A DNA stretch of 64,000 nucleotides from Eledone cirrhosa (taxonomy: Eukaryota), in assembly GCA_964016885.1 (NCBI GenBank), contig OZ024743.1, positions 266,538,001-266,602,000 of the forward strand, written 5' to 3'. How positions within the stretch are numbered: position 1 is the stretch's first letter; the number at the start of each line of letters is the position of its first letter. The notes under the pieces were generated by a model, which worked only from the letters and a program-made list of their open reading frames with translations, was not told where the DNA came from and ran no database searches. Position numbers and translations under genes: made by a program. Shown here piece after piece: positions 12,800 to 26,679 of this stretch.

Positions 12800-15110
12800 A
12801 CGGCGAATGTCTAGTTTGATGCAGAATGTAACGGAGAAGGTATCTATGAACCTGTAACTCCTGGTGGAATCGTAATAGCGCCGAAATTACATACGGTGTT
12901 TCTTGGACATTTCTTATAAAGCTTGTGGAGCACATCCCTGCTACAGTTTTAAACAGCGAATTTCCCCCAGAAACGAATAGGCAGTGATAAAGAGGAAGGG
13001 AGAAAGAGATATAGAAGAAACGTCGCCCCCAATATTGAACTTGTATGTTTTTTTATCGGCCTCAAAATTATGAAAGACAAATGTGACATCAACCTGATTT
13101 GAACAAACAGCGTAATTGCTTTCAGCCAATGTCTCAAATTTCTCCACATCAATCTTCAGAACTTTATGATTGTCTTTTATGACATCCCTAAACCTTTCTG
13201 GCTTGCTGATGTGAATTCTGAAATTTGTCCACGTTTCGTATACTATTAGCAGAAATGTAAGTACACAGGTCTCATACACAAAGCCGTTTGTGTTTCACGT
13301 AATATCCCGATCTGACCAGATTTGATTCTCAAGCTCCCCGAAGGCAAGACTACCTTTCACGATCCTGTGATTTATTTCGGCATCGAGGGTACCATCGTTA
13401 CTAAATGCACTTTTAAGTTACAAAAAGCTGTCCACCACTTCAAGTAATTTTCCTCCCACGTAAATATCTGGCTCCACAAACACATTCCCATCTGGTGGAG
13501 TGTACATAACCTTTTTTCTATGCTAATATTTAGCCCAAACACTGTGAATGCATTGGAGAAGGTGTCAAATATCTGCATCATGTATATAGAGGAACTCCCT
13601 GCCAAGATTCCCAAATGTTTTGGAATTAGTATTAAAACGTCTTAGATAAAGGACTTTGCCACATGTTATAATTCGCAAGTATGTACCGATTTCGAAGTCT
13701 TGGAAGACATATAACAACACCACTGAAATGGCTCTGAAAGTTCACTTTTGCCTTCAATTTTGACAGTGATTTTTTAATATTCCAAGACAAAAAATTGGAT
13801 GCCCCCCCGAATATGGGGGGGGGGTCCAATTTTTTCCGAATATGACCCACAATGCACTACAATTAAGAGTATTGAAGACTTTGGTAAGGTCCACAAACAC
13901 TTGGTACAATGGCACTCAATGTTCAACACAATTCTCCATAAGCTGTCCATGATAACCCAACCAGCTCTGAACCCACCAGTGTAGATCCATTATTAGACGA
14001 TTATTAGGGCGGTGGATTGGCAGTATCAGTAGAGGGTCTGACGCTTTACAGAAAAGAGTTACGCCCCTTTATGGTTTGAGTTCAAATCCCGCCGAGGTTA
14101 ACTTGGCCTTTCATCCTTACGGGGTCGATAAAATAAAGTACCAGTAATGTATTGGGTAATTGCTGGCCTTGTACCAAAAGTAGAAACAATTATTAGACGA
14201 TTATTAGACGATTGAACAAGACCTTGTAACCTTGTATAAGACTTTTCCTACCGATTCGAGCAGATTTATGCCACAATAATCACCACATTCAGACTTGGAT
14301 CCCTTGCCCTTGTAAATCCGCAGCAAAATTGCATCTCCCCAGTCTTGCAAGACAGGTTCACCATGCTATACAGATAAGACTAACCCATGAATGACCATAG
14401 GAACATTGTCTCCTCCAAAGCGGATCACCTCAACAGGTATCCATACAAATCTGGTGCTTTCTCTATGTTTATCGCTTTGATAGTAGACCTTATCTAATTA
14501 AAGGTTATATCATTCATAATCTCTGTTATGGCAGTCCATTAATAATTTCCTCATCAACTACAGATGGGTTATCAAACAGATCTTTAAAGTGTTCACTCCA
14601 CCGACTCATGATTTCTGCTAGATCTTTGATGAAGGCGTTCCCATCTTTTGACTTGAATGGTGCCATCGTTTATGACTAAAGGCCATTTCATGCTGCATAA
14701 TGCTTTCAGGTCTTTGCAGTTATAAGCTCTGTGCATCTCTGCTGAAAATTCAGACCACCAGTTTTTCTTCATCTGTTCTTCAACGTTCCCATTACAGTTT
14801 CACATTTCAATTTTGACTTTATTTTTTAAAAGCCTTCTCAAAAGGCGTCCTCACTGGATCCTCTGCAACAAGGCACTTATCATAGAGCTTGTTCTTCTCT
14901 TCAGTGAGCAAGATGATTGCAGAATCATTATCAGCAATTCAGTGTGGGTTTTGTCGTCTTGAAACCATGTATCTCAGCCCCAGCACTGTAAACATCTGTT
15001 TTAAACTGTTCCCAAGTTCCACCCAAGACAATGTTGTCAAGTGCATTTTGAGGAGCATCTCGCAATTCTGAACGTTGCAGTTTGAAAAAAAAAATGTACG
15101 CATATTCTGT
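12800..15110 (-). mobile_element. Degenerate RTE-clade LINE fragment, interrupted by a SINE
   Basis: Remnant peptides FGLNISIEK, LLIVYETWT and a KAPxxxG-like motif; many stops. Confidence 0.65.
14007..14213 (+). mobile_element. tRNA-derived SINE (Deu/Nin-like core), full length
   Basis: A-box-like TGGCAGTATCAG, B box GAGTTCAAATCCC, core gcctttcatccttacggggtcgataaaat; ATTATTAGACG repeats on both sides. Confidence 0.9.
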
Positions 15111-15156
15111 GGCCATTTAGAAAATATCTGAATATTCTCTCAAAATCCCTTCTTAC

Positions 15157-15228
15157 ATATATTTCCATTACGAAGTGAAGATGGTGGGGTGGAAGTGGCG
15201 TTCAACTGGTCAGGATTCAATTGATTTA
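15157..15228 (-). CDS. Candidate 72 nt host exon (phase 1-1), NQLNPDQLNATSTPPSSLRNGNI
   Basis: ctgtag acceptor, gtaaga donor, open frame, non-repetitive sequence; no homology recognised. Confidence 0.25.
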
Positions 15229-16009
15229 CTACAGAATTCTATTGATTTAAATACAAAGTTCCTTTTGTATTCAGAATAAAGCACCAGAGGCCATTTGTTG
15301 TTATTGTGTGTGTATGTGTGTGAGAGAGAGAGAGAGAGAGTGAGTGTGAGAGGGAGAGGTAGGGAGAGAGAGAGTTTATGTATGTGTGTTTGTGCATGTG
15401 TATTTAAGCGAGCTTTCATTGTGTCAAAAGTTCAAGTTTATTTTCGGGGTTTGTAGAAAAATACAAGAACAAAATAAAAATAAAAATAAAAAAATACCAA
15501 AAGTAGATATTAAGACGACGGAAAATTCTCTTGAAAATACAAAGACAAATATATAAATAGTGTGTTAATAATATAATAAAAAAATATTTTCAGGAGAAAT
15601 GTTTTTCGATCATGAAAGAATTGTTTTTAGTGTGGCGATGCTTTTTTTTCTTTTTTGTAAATTTGTGGTGTATATGTGTGTGTGTATATGTGTGTGTGTG
15701 TATGTGTGTGTGTGTATGTGTGTGTATGTGTGTGTGTGTGTATGTGTGTGTGTGTGCGTATATGGGTGTGCGTGCGTGTGAGTGTGTAGGTGGGGCTACA
15801 TTGTATCAAGCGTTCAAGTTTATTTTTAATGATTGCAGATAAAAAACAAAGAAAGAAGAGGAATAAATATATAAAAAATATAAATATATATATTAACATG
15901 ATGGAAAGAGGTTCTTGGAGGGGTGTGGCTTTCTGGAATATTTGCTAAAAGCGTTTTGGTGGAGGTTTCTTACGAGTTGGGATTTTTTTTTTATCATGTG
16001 GTGTTTGTG

Positions 16010-16102
<93 letters not shown>

Positions 16103-16171
16103 GTGTGTGTTTAAGTGTTTGGTTGCACATGCATATGTTTGCTTAGAGATATGCGTAAATTGGTTGTTCCC

Positions 16172-16339
16172 AGGGTCGGACGCCATGCTTTGCCTCATAG
16201 AGTTACGTCATTTTACGGTCTGAGTTCAAATCCCGCGAAGGTTAATTTTGCCTTTCATCCTTACGGGATCGATAAAATAAAGTACCAGCAATGTACTGAT
16301 AGAATTGCTGGCCCTGTGCCAAAAGTAGAAACAATTATT
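16172..16339 (+). mobile_element. Same SINE family, 5'-truncated
   Basis: gagttcaaatcccgcgaaggttaattttgcctttcatccttacgggatcgataaaataaagtaccag...gtagaaacaattatt. Confidence 0.88.
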
Positions 16340-16659
16340 TATCGTTTATTTGTTTATTTATCGTTTACTTATTTATCGTTTACATATTTAATGGGGGTTC
16401 ATATTTGTTAATGAATTGCTTTTTATTTATTTTCTGCTGTTGAGGGAAAGAGTCCGAGCACTTGTAAAGGGGGAAATTATGATGTACGTCTGTATATACG
16501 TATTGGTGTGTGTGTGTGTGCGCGCGCGCGTGTGTGTGTGCGTGGGGGGGGGGGGGGGTTGTACGTTAGGGTGTATAGGTGTGGTGTAGGTATAGTTTGT
16601 GGTGTGAGGAGGTCAAATTTATTGGGATGACCGGGGTGGGGAAAGGAGTGCTGTCACTT

Positions 16660-18202
16660 TTTTCCTACTAGATGCCACATATAGATATCGTCTCAAACAG
16701 CCTCTCCTAAGATAACTCCTTCTACTTGGCTTCCAATACCAACCCATGTTCAATGGATCAGAAGTTTGAAAGGCGAGTCTTTGGTGACTCGAAACCTGAC
16801 AACTCTGAGCTGGTGATTTTTGTCAGCCTTATGCGGCGGCCTAACTTGAGGTAGGAAAACTCTGATTCCAAGCCTAACCATCGTCACAGGTAAGGTCGAC
16901 TTCTCAACCATGGTTGGCAACTAACTAGGAATAGGACAATCTACATTAGGCCCTATGACCTGAGGGCCTCACTGTCACTGTGATGGCTTGCCTGGCTATG
17001 ACAGGAGAACCTCAGCTGTAATGTGGAGCTGTGCTCCTCCACCATAAACCCCACTATGCAGGCATGAAGGTCATGTCAAACTTTTCAATGTCCCACTTTA
17101 ATAAATCTTTTGTCCAAATATCCTTACCATAAAACAAGCCAAGTAGGACCTGCAAGAGTATAACAGTCTGTATCAGATTCTTCACCGATGGAGCATCTTC
17201 AACATTCGGTGGTTGTAGTCCAATACCAAGACGACAGAAAAAATGATCCGAGAGCTCCTGTTTGCTGACAATAATGCACTTGTTACGCACACTGAAATAT
17301 CCATACAGGGTCTTAGTTCCTGCTTTGCAAATGCTTCTGAGTCCTTTTGGTCTTGAAATCAACTTGAAGAAGACTGAATCCTCCACCAGCCTGATCCCCA
17401 GGACATATACAACCCACCCAATATTTCTTTCAAGGAGGCCAAACTGTATTCTGCTACCTGGAGCGTATCATCTCCAAAGATACTAGAATTGACAAGGAAT
17501 TAGGCAACAGGCTAGCTCAAACCAGCAGTGTATTTGTGATACTTTAGAAGAGAGTGAAGAGAAATAACAACTTCAGAACAGAGGCAAAGTTCAGTGTCTA
17601 CAGGGCCGTTGTCTTACCACCCTCTTGTACGACTGTGTCGTGTGTATTGTGTCGCTGTCACACTCATCTCGCGAAAAGATTCCCAAAACGCTGTCTGCTT
17701 ATATACATCAGCTAGAGTGACTATGTTACCAGCACAGGGGCCCTCGAGAAAGCAAAATCTATCAGCATCGAGGTCACTCTTCTGAAGTCACGGATGGTCT
17801 TGGCAGGGCATGTCACCACAATGGTGACCATCGCCTGCCAAAGATTGTACTCAATGGAGAATTGTCTTCTGGCTGTTGAAACAGCGGTACTCCCAAGAGG
17901 CAGTGAAAAAAAACGTTTAAAAAGATCTCGCAAGTATGTAACATCGATTCCCATCTGCCGACCACACAGTCAGCTGACCGCAATGCTTGATGCCACATTA
18001 TCAATATTTGAGGCAAACTTTCGTGTCAGCATGGAGGAGAACACGGCGGAAGGGCTTTGACAGCGCGGGGCCATACACTACACAGATATTTTCCTGCGGC
18101 GCAGCGGGCGGATCAACCGATCTCAGATCAATCATCAGGGGGTATTGAGGAAAAGTAAGCTCTCGGTATCTTCGTATGGAAGTAATCGCCATCATCATCA
18201 TC
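16660..18202 (+). mobile_element. RTE-clade LINE, internally deleted (5' UTR-like part + degenerate RT 3' half + (CAT)n tail)
   Basis: IRELLFAD, FGLEINLKKTE, IDKELGNRLAQTSSVF remnants; tail gccatcatcatcatc. Confidence 0.75.
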
Positions 18203-18209
18203 GTTATGA

Positions 18210-18590
18210 TGCATATGTGTTTACCTTATGATGTATGTGTATGGGTGTATACTTTAGGGTGTATGAATGAGTGTAAGTTATAGTGCATGTGTGTGTAAGT
18301 TATGGTTTATATGTGTGTGTATATTATAGTGTATGTGTGTATACCGTATGCTGAATGTGTTTATACGTTATGGTCCATGTGTATGTAAACTTTATGGTGC
18401 ATGTGTGTTTACGTTACAGTGTATGTTTGTGAATACGAAATAATGTATGCGTCTGTATACTTTATGGTTTATATGCATGTATACGTTGTTGTGTATGAGT
18501 GTGTATACGTTATGGTGTATGTTTGTGTATACGTTATGGTATATATGTGTGTGTACGTTATGCTGTATGTGTGTAAATAGCATGTTGTAA
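18210..18590 (+). repeat. Degenerate ~22-24 bp minisatellite (tatggtgtatgtgtgtgtatacgt-like)
   Basis: Periodic repeats; HNVYT-type periodicity in ORF 18392-18583. Confidence 0.75.
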
Positions 18591-19218
18591 ATGTTATCTG
18601 CTGTAATGCATTAGAGTAATGTCATTTCTGATTATTACTTGAGACATGAAACTGTAATCTAAGATCGCTCACAATTTGATAAGCCACATATATCGATTAA
18701 CTTGCTTAACCGATGATCGAATTTCGTTAGATCTCAGTCTGTGAGAAATCATTTTTATCGCAGCTCTACATCAACGCCGCTAACCATTTCAGTAAAAGTT
18801 TTATGACGATAATGGAAGCACTACTAAGAACAGTTAACTCACATGGATATACCTAGATATGTATGTGTGTTTATGTGTGTGTATGTGTGAGATTAGGGAA
18901 TATATGTGTGTATATTTAGACACATAGATAGAGTGAAGAGGGGTGAGGGAGAGAGAAAGCGAACAAGTGAGAGAGAGGGGGAGAGAGAGGGAGAGAGGGA
19001 GAGAAAGTGACACACCTTTCTATATGCATATTTCTGATCAGTACAGTTTATAGAAATTTACATTTGTTTTTAGCAAATTTACTTCAGCTTCAACATTATT
19101 TTATACACACACCCCAGACACACACACACACACACACACATACACACTCACACACACAAATACACTAACACACACACACATACGTACACACGAACACACA
19201 CACATACACACACATACA

Positions 19219-19561
<343 letters not shown>

Positions 19562-19562
<1 letters not shown>

Positions 19563-21070
19563 TACATCGAGCCATAAAAGCGGTCACGACTTTGACCGTT
19601 TTAGAAAAGACATAAGAGACACATTCAACGAGTTAGAAGTTAAGATCAATGTAGCCACAAATCTGTGTAGCTTAGATTATTTAGATATCCACAGGGTGGT
19701 GGATTGGCAATATCGGTAGAGCGTCAGACGCCTTGCTTTGACGCATAGAGTTACGGCCCTTGCCATTTTGAGTTCAAATCCCGCCGTGGTTAACTTTGCC
19801 TTTCATCCTTACGGGGTCGATAAAATAAAGTACCAGTAATGCAATGGTTAATTGCTGGCCTTGTGCCAAAAGTAGAAACAATTATTTAGATATGCATTTA
19901 GACCTTCGCACACATACATTCAGACCTTTCTACAAACTTAGTGACAAGTTAACTCATATACAAAAGAATTTATGTCAGTCAGCTGCAGTTTTTAAAAACT
20001 TCGTTAAAAACATTAGTACTAGGAATTGTAATCTTTCTGCTAACAAGGCCATCTTTGATAGCGCAGTACCTTACTATTATACTGTGTTAGCCAACAGCGG
20101 CTTCTCAGATAAAATGTCTTACTCCTCTCCTAATCAGTAGAAAGAGAAATAGAAAAAAAATAATTTGGTTGGTTCTGCCAACTCTTCTCGCTCAGTGTTA
20201 GAACCATTGCTTGGCACTCCTAGATAACTTCTCCATTGGGCATAAATATAGACCTATTTTCAATAGACACAGTATGAAACTCGGATATTCCTGTGCCCAC
20301 ATCACCACCAACCCTAAGAGTTCTTCCCCACGTGGGTGCTCTTGCGGAAGGCCAAAAGCATGGTCTCTTCAACAACAGTATAACATACCCGCAGTAGTCT
20401 ATGAGGCTGAAGTTAATTCACTCGACCAAATCAACGGCAGCAGGTCCAAACATATGTCGGTATGTCGGATGGCCAGTTTAAAAAATCACTCCCTGAACCA
20501 TCAGACGACATTCAGACTATTTGATAAGCGATTGTTCACGAAGCTGGCAAGCCACAAAAGGTCATTCAAAGATGTAGACGTGAATTACTTCATTTAACGG
20601 AAAGTTCTGGTCAGATCAACGCCATACGGAAATTGAGAAATGTTCTCTAAGCTGAGTATTGATGAAAGAGGGAATATCTTGCTGAATGTTACGTAATGGT
20701 ATTTGCCTTAACACAAGATTTTTAAACCACTCCTCTCATGCTATGAAGTACCTATTACGTAACTTGAAAGATCTGGGATAGCCATGATTCTTACCCGAAA
20801 TGAACTAACTCAAACGCAAATTCGCTTCCCCGTATCTATCTAATTTGAGTTAACTCCCTTATCACCAAAATATCGCCGTGCATCATGCAGAATCCAGTCA
20901 ACACACATACACTTCCGTTTTCACCGCAGCCATACACGTAATGATCATTCGCTCGGTGAAACGTGCGTGCTGGTATATGGTTTGTTAATTTGTTAACTCT
21001 CTCTCTCTCTAATATATCTCTTCCCTATACTGTACCGATTGATTGTGTTGTTATTTTTGTTTACCTTTTA
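19562..21070 (+). mobile_element. Degenerate Penelope-like element (Nematis-like; RT thumb + GIY-YIG), SINE-interrupted
   Basis: LDYLDI / YLDMHLDLRTHTFRPFYK, IFNRHSMKLGYSC, CSCGRP, VVYEAEV; decayed HHR-like TAATGA...GAAACGTGCGT at ~20930-20980. Confidence 0.8.
19693..19886 (+). mobile_element. SINE, full length, inserted in the PLE with a target-site duplication
   Basis: attatttagatat(c/g)ca on both sides; A and B boxes present. Confidence 0.9.
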
Positions 21071-21361
21071 CACATATATATATATATATCTCTTTATATA
21101 TATAAAAGCGAGGATGTGTGTGTTTGTGTACAACTTTGCATGTTTAAGGCTTTCACAATTACCAACTGAATTTGACCAAATTTTCTGTGCACGTTGCACA
21201 GGTCGCTAAGATTGTCACATCACAAACATTTTTCAAATTGACCTACGTTATCAACATTATCGGTAGAAAATTGATGTAAGGGAGATAACAAACTTTATTG
21301 ACAATCCTTATAAAAAAGGGAGATAACCAACTTTTCAATATCACATCACATTCAAGCATCA

Positions 21362-22100
21362 CATTCAAACCATTGGGACCTACAACCTTTTCATTTTTAA
21401 AACTTTCATAAGCAAAGCGATGTTGATACAAAAAATAAATTTGTTGCACTTTCAAAGTTAACTGTAACGCTTCAATTCATACATTTTGACTTTACAACTT
21501 TACACCAAATATGACCCGTAAAAGAAAGTATGCACATATTGGCTATCGGTCGAAGAAAACAATGCGTGTAAATGACGCTCCGCCGATAATCGAAATTAGA
21601 CAATCACTAAATGCGGTGAGTACACATCACATTCATTTGTAGATAAATCACTAATATTATCGTTTGTTTCTTGTTTATTCTTTGTTGCACTTTCAAAGTT
21701 AAAAACACACTTGTTGTTTTAACTTGTTTCACTATATTAAGTGTTAATTTTCGCGTTAAGGGCAGAATCTCGCAGCAGTCTCGAATTGACGAGATTTTGA
21801 TGATGGTTGTTTATTTTTAGAACAATCGTTATGGGACTTTCCATTCAAACCATTGGGACCTACAACTTTTTCATTTTTAAAACTTTCATAAGCAAAGCGA
21901 TGTTGATACAAAAAAAAAAATTGTTGCACTTTCAAAGTTAACTGTAACGCTTCAATTCATATATTTTGACTTTACAACTTTTCACCAAATATGCCCCGTT
22001 AAAGAAAGTACGCACATATTGGCTATCGGTCGAAGAAAACAATGCGTGTAAATGATCTACGCCGATAACCGAAAATAGACAATCACTAAATGCGGTGAGT
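21362..22100 (+). repeat. ~260 bp direct duplication inside the Helitron 5' region
   Basis: cattcaaaccattgggacctacaac...caatcactaaatgcggtgagtac at ~21362 and ~21842. Confidence 0.9.
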
Positions 22101-24825
22101 ACTGTTATTGTAACATCTTTGTCCGCCGCTGAGCGTCGGTTAGTGCGGCGAACCAATAATACTAAAGCAACTGCTGCAGCACGAGCTGCAGAGACTACAG
22201 AGCAATGTGAAACACGCGTTGCTATGGATGCTACAGATACTGCTGCAGCAAGATCTGCAAAGACAGTACAAAAATATGAAAGACGCCGTGCGCGTAATGC
22301 TTCAGCAAATGTTGCAGCAAGAGCAATTGAGACTGAGCAAGAACGTCAAAGTGGGCATTTGAGAAATGCTTCAGCTACTGCTACGGCACGAGCTGTAGAG
22401 ACTGTAACAAGTCGAGCTATTCGGCTGGAGGGTAACGCTCAACGTAAAGCTTTATCGCGGGGTATTTCAAAGGCATCACGCTCACGATGGTACCTTAAGG
22501 CAGTTAATTATGACCCTAATGTAAACTATCAAATCCATCCTGATATTCAAATATATGCCATGTCAAATACTTGCCAACATTGTAAAGCTAAAAAGTGTGT
22601 GTGGGGGGGGGGGGAGAATCAGCTGGAATGTGCTGCTCCAACGGTAAGGTTAATTTTCCCACTCTTAGGGAACCACCGCAACCTCTCCAGATGCTTCTAA
22701 CAGGTAAACATTCACAATCACATGATTTTCTGAAGCATATCCGACAGTACAACATTGCGTTTCAAATGACCTCTTTCGGTGCAAAACGTCTGAAGGAAGA
22801 TGGATTTATGCCGACTTTCAAAGTATAGGGCCAGGTGTATCATCTCATTGGATCACTGCAACCGTTGCCTACTGAAGAGCCACAATTTTTACAGGTTTAC
22901 TTTATTGTTAACTGTCATCAGCAAGCAGATCGACGGCAATCGTACACTTCAGACACTAAACTGGAACTCTTGATTGACCTCCAAGACATGCTTCACTCTA
23001 ACAATAGCTACATTCAAAGCTTCAAGTATGCTTTAGAAGAAGCACCTTCGCCAAATTACGATATCATCATTTACGCTGATGAGAGACCATCTGGGGAGCA
23101 TGCGGGCCGGTATAATGCACCTACTTGTAATGAGGTAGCCATCGTTATAAGTGGAGAGCAGCACAACAAGAGAGACATTATTATCAAGCGACGAGACAAC
23201 AGCCTTAACAGAATGAGTGAAACCCATCGATCTTACGACGCACTCCAGTATACGCTATTATTGGTGAGGATGCATACCATTTCGGAATTCATCAAATTAA
23301 TTACACAAACCAAAAGGAGCATACCACGAAAATTGTCACGTGCATGGATTTTTACGCTTTCCGGTTCATGATCCGCGACAAATGCTTAAACCAGCTGCAC
23401 CGATCACAAGACCTCTTCAATCAATTGGCAGTTGACATGTTCGCAAAAATGGAGTCCGAGATATTAGGCTTCATTCGACTTAATCAGAAACAACTTCGCT
23501 GTGACATTTACATTCACCTTCGTTATGGAATGAACAATGATGCAGATCCTGATAGTATTGGACTGTTGTGCATCCTGCCTTCATCTTTCACAGGAAGTCC
23601 TCGGTTCTTTTTCGAAAAATTTCAAGATGCTTTAACTTTTGTGCACCTTTTCGGTAAACCAGATTTGTTTATTACTTTCACTTCAAACCCCAAATGGGAA
23701 GAGATTCAGAAAGAACTCTTTCCAGGTCAAAAAGCCACAGCCAGGCAGGATCTTATTGCCAGAGTTTTCCATCTTAAGTTAATTAAGCTCATGGAACTTA
23801 TCAAAACGTGAAATCTTTGGCCCAGTCACCAAAGACTCCGAAAGGGCTCATCTGTTTGGGATGAGTGCACAATGGCGCACAAAGGTGCTCTTGAGGCACT
23901 AGACAGGTCTTTGCAAGACATACGGGATTGCAGTGATGTTATGGGAGCGTCACCCTTCTGCTATCAGGAGACTTCAGGCAGACTCTTCCTATAATACCGA
24001 AAGGAACAAGAGCAGATGCGGTAAATGTCTTAAGTCTTCACTATTGTGGCGACAAGTGACATCATTAAGACTAACTACCAACATGCATGCAAGGTTGCAT
24101 GGGGACCCTCTGTCATCAACATTTTCTGGAGACATTCTTACAATAAGAGATGGTAACCTACCTCCGGATACAGATGGACACATAGAAATTGATCACATCT
24201 GCAATGTAGTTGAAACTGTCGATGATCTCAAGGCGAGTGTATTCCCGAACTTGCGTGATAACTATACGAATCTTAATTGGCTATGCGAAAGAGCCATTCT
24301 TGCACCCAAAAATATCACGGTTAGCTGTATTAACGATCAGCTTCTTCAGCTTCTTCCTGGATGTCCACGGATATATAAATCTATTGATACTGTATGTGAT
24401 CCACAGGATGCGGTCAATTATCCAGTTGAATTTCTAAATTCTTTAAATCCTCCTGGTTTACCTCCTAATACATTGGTTCTATGCAATGGTACACGCCTTG
24501 TGGTTAAAAAACTGTCTCCACTTAGTATCCGGATGTGGAAAAGGCGAGGATGTGATAATAACAAAAATTAGCCTGACTACATCAGGCGTGGATACTCCCT
24601 TCTCCTTTCGCCGAACCCAATTTCCCCTTCGTGTTGCCTTTGCGATGTCCAGAAACAAGTCGCAAGGTCAAACTCTGTCCGTCGCTGGAATTCACTTGGA
24701 TGAACCTTGCTTTTCGCACTGACAATTCTACGTTGCCTGCTCACAAGTTGGTAGCCGAGATAATCTCTTTGCGTTTGTTCCGAAAAGAAAAACAAAGAAT
24801 ATCGTCTATCCTGAAGTGCTTTAAT
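22095..24825 (+). pseudogene. Helitron RepHel remnant
   Basis: Chained ORFs 22095-22700, 22595-22828, 22835-23371, 23344-23811, 23933-24571 and 24486-24722 with frameshifts and stops. Confidence 0.9.
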
Positions 24826-25307
24826 GTTAACAAAAAAACTTATTACAGCTCTGCCTTTACTTCACCTTACTCATTACAAAACATACCAATGAATATGTCA
24901 TGCAGGATATTTTGGAGTATAAGTTCAAAATTTAGCCATACACAACAAAGGATGCTCTCAAAGAATAGATTTTCTCTTATTCTACTCTCATTGTTTTTTT
25001 TTTTTTTTGTATAGAACTCTGCTTTCATTACAACGTTTTGTACTTTAGCAAAACTGCCTGTTTTTTTACATATTTGCAATGTGTATTGTCTTTAATCATT
25101 TGTATAACTACATCCTTTTCAGTGTTTTCCTTCATTATCAGCATAGTTTTGTGTACAAAGATTGCACTAAATACTCGTTTGCAATAATTATTGAAGTCTT
25201 CTGCTTATTTTGACAGGTTGGGGACAAATAATGTTCTTCTTTTACTTCCTAGCTGTATATTCTTAGCATAATTTTAAACCCCGAGCAACGCCGGGTAAAT
25301 CTGCTAG

Positions 25308-25460
25308 TATTTATTAAAATAACAGATTAAAGTTTAAGCAAAGAATCGCATCTGTTATTTTAATAAATATTTGCTCTACAGTTCTTATATATTTGATATA
25401 TATTTATCCTTATCGAGTCCTCTTTGGATTTTAGTCTTGAAATGTATTATTATTACTATA
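25308..25460 (+). mobile_element. Family E short element with inverted 5' segment, abutting the Helitron 3' end
   Basis: tatttattaaaataacaga.../tctgttattttaataaata; homologous to 30897-31188 and 56654-56745. Confidence 0.7.
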
Positions 25461-25479
25461 TACATATATATATGTATAT

Positions 25480-26343
25480 TATAACTGAATATAAAAAAAA
25501 AACGAACACAGACATATACATATATGTATTCAAATCATAAGGGACCAGATTCGCTACGGTGAAAATAATACTAATTATAGACAACAGGGTTAGCCAGACT
25601 CAATTTAAGAATAAATCAAGAAAGTAAATACAAAACGTAATTGTGGTAACTACCAATCACCCGGACAGCTTTGATAATCTGGTCCCTTACGATTTGAACA
25701 CATATGTGTATATGTCTGTGTTCGTTTTTCTTTTATATTCAGTTATAATATACGGCTCGGAAAAATCTCTTTCCTAGAGATATTTTATTGTAAGAGACTA
25801 TTTTGAGTTTCTAACTCAATATAGACCATTGATATATTCGGCTCCGTTAATTTGTTGAGCTAATTCAAATGTTGAGTAAACCTGGCTGTTATTTTTAGTG
25901 GTGTGAGTTTGTGAGACACGTGCGTTATTATATATACCATGTGCGTTATTATATATACGCACACTATTAGGTTTTTTTATATACTTAGAAGTGACCAGGA
26001 TACTAATAATTCTTCACCCGCTGATGAGCCTGAATTGGTATTCCTCTTCACAATTAATTTTGCGAAACAGCATTATCAAAGCTGTCCGGGTGATTGATAG
26101 TTACCACAATTTGTATTTACTTTCTTGATTTATTCTTAAATTGAGTCTGGGAAACCCTATTGTCTATAGTTAGTATTCTTTTCACCGTAGCAAATCTGGT
26201 CCCGTACGATTTGAACACATATATGTATATGTCTGTGTTCGTTTTTCTTTTATATTCAGTTATAATATACGGCTTGGAAAAATCTCTTTCCTAGAGCTAA
26301 TTTATTTTAAGAGACTATTTTGAGTTTATAACTCAATATATAC

Positions 26344-26345
<2 letters not shown>
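25480..26345 (+). mobile_element. Family F non-coding partial tandem (517 bp unit) with one HHR and a ~195 bp inverted 5' segment
   Basis: tacggct(c/t)ggaaaaatctctttcctagag at 25751 and 26268; 25480-25676 is the reverse complement of ~26072-26270. Confidence 0.85.
26014..26093 (+). ncRNA. Type I hammerhead ribozyme with enlarged stem II region
   Basis: tcacccg-CTGATGA-gc...gc-GAAA-cagc attatcaaa gctg-TC-cgggtga; 7 bp stem I, canonical GUC site. Confidence 0.9.
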
Positions 26346-26433
<88 letters not shown>

Positions 26434-26636
26434 TATGTACACGTACATACATATATGTATACAGACGTACAGTAGTATGTATATATATATACATACATGC
26501 ACACATATATATATATGTACATATGAATTCACCGAACATTTATTATAATGCTCGGTGTGTTTGTAAACAAACATCCCGTATTAAGCCGTAGTGTCTAGCA
26601 ACCATCGTTGCTCGTTTGTTCAACACTGACAAAGGA

Positions 26637-26679
26637 ACGCTGTACTAGTTTCAAGCTTATTAGCTATCGTCAGCAACGT
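26637..26679 (-). ncRNA. Minimal type I hammerhead ribozyme (family B)
   Basis: Reverse complement reads acgttg-CTGACGA-tagctaataagctt-GAAA-CTAG-TA-cagcgt. Confidence 0.85.

Larger units (their letters stand above)
21089..25307 (+). mobile_element. Helitron with both termini; Rep-Pif1 helicase gene degenerate and internally deleted
   Basis: a|TCTCTTTATATATATAAAAG 5' end; 3' hairpin cccgagcaacgccggg then CTAG|t; GMCCSNGKV, PSSFTGSPR, PDLFITFTSNPKW, WDECTMAHK, ERAILAPKN, QFPLRVAFAMSRNKSQGQTL. Confidence 0.93.

Noticed and set aside
14007-14100. tRNA gene
   Set aside because: A/B boxes belong to a SINE head that continues into a shared core and tail; no full cloverleaf
18210-18590. CRISPR-like array
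   Set aside because: Eukaryotic context; contiguous degenerate minisatellite without unique spacers or cas genes
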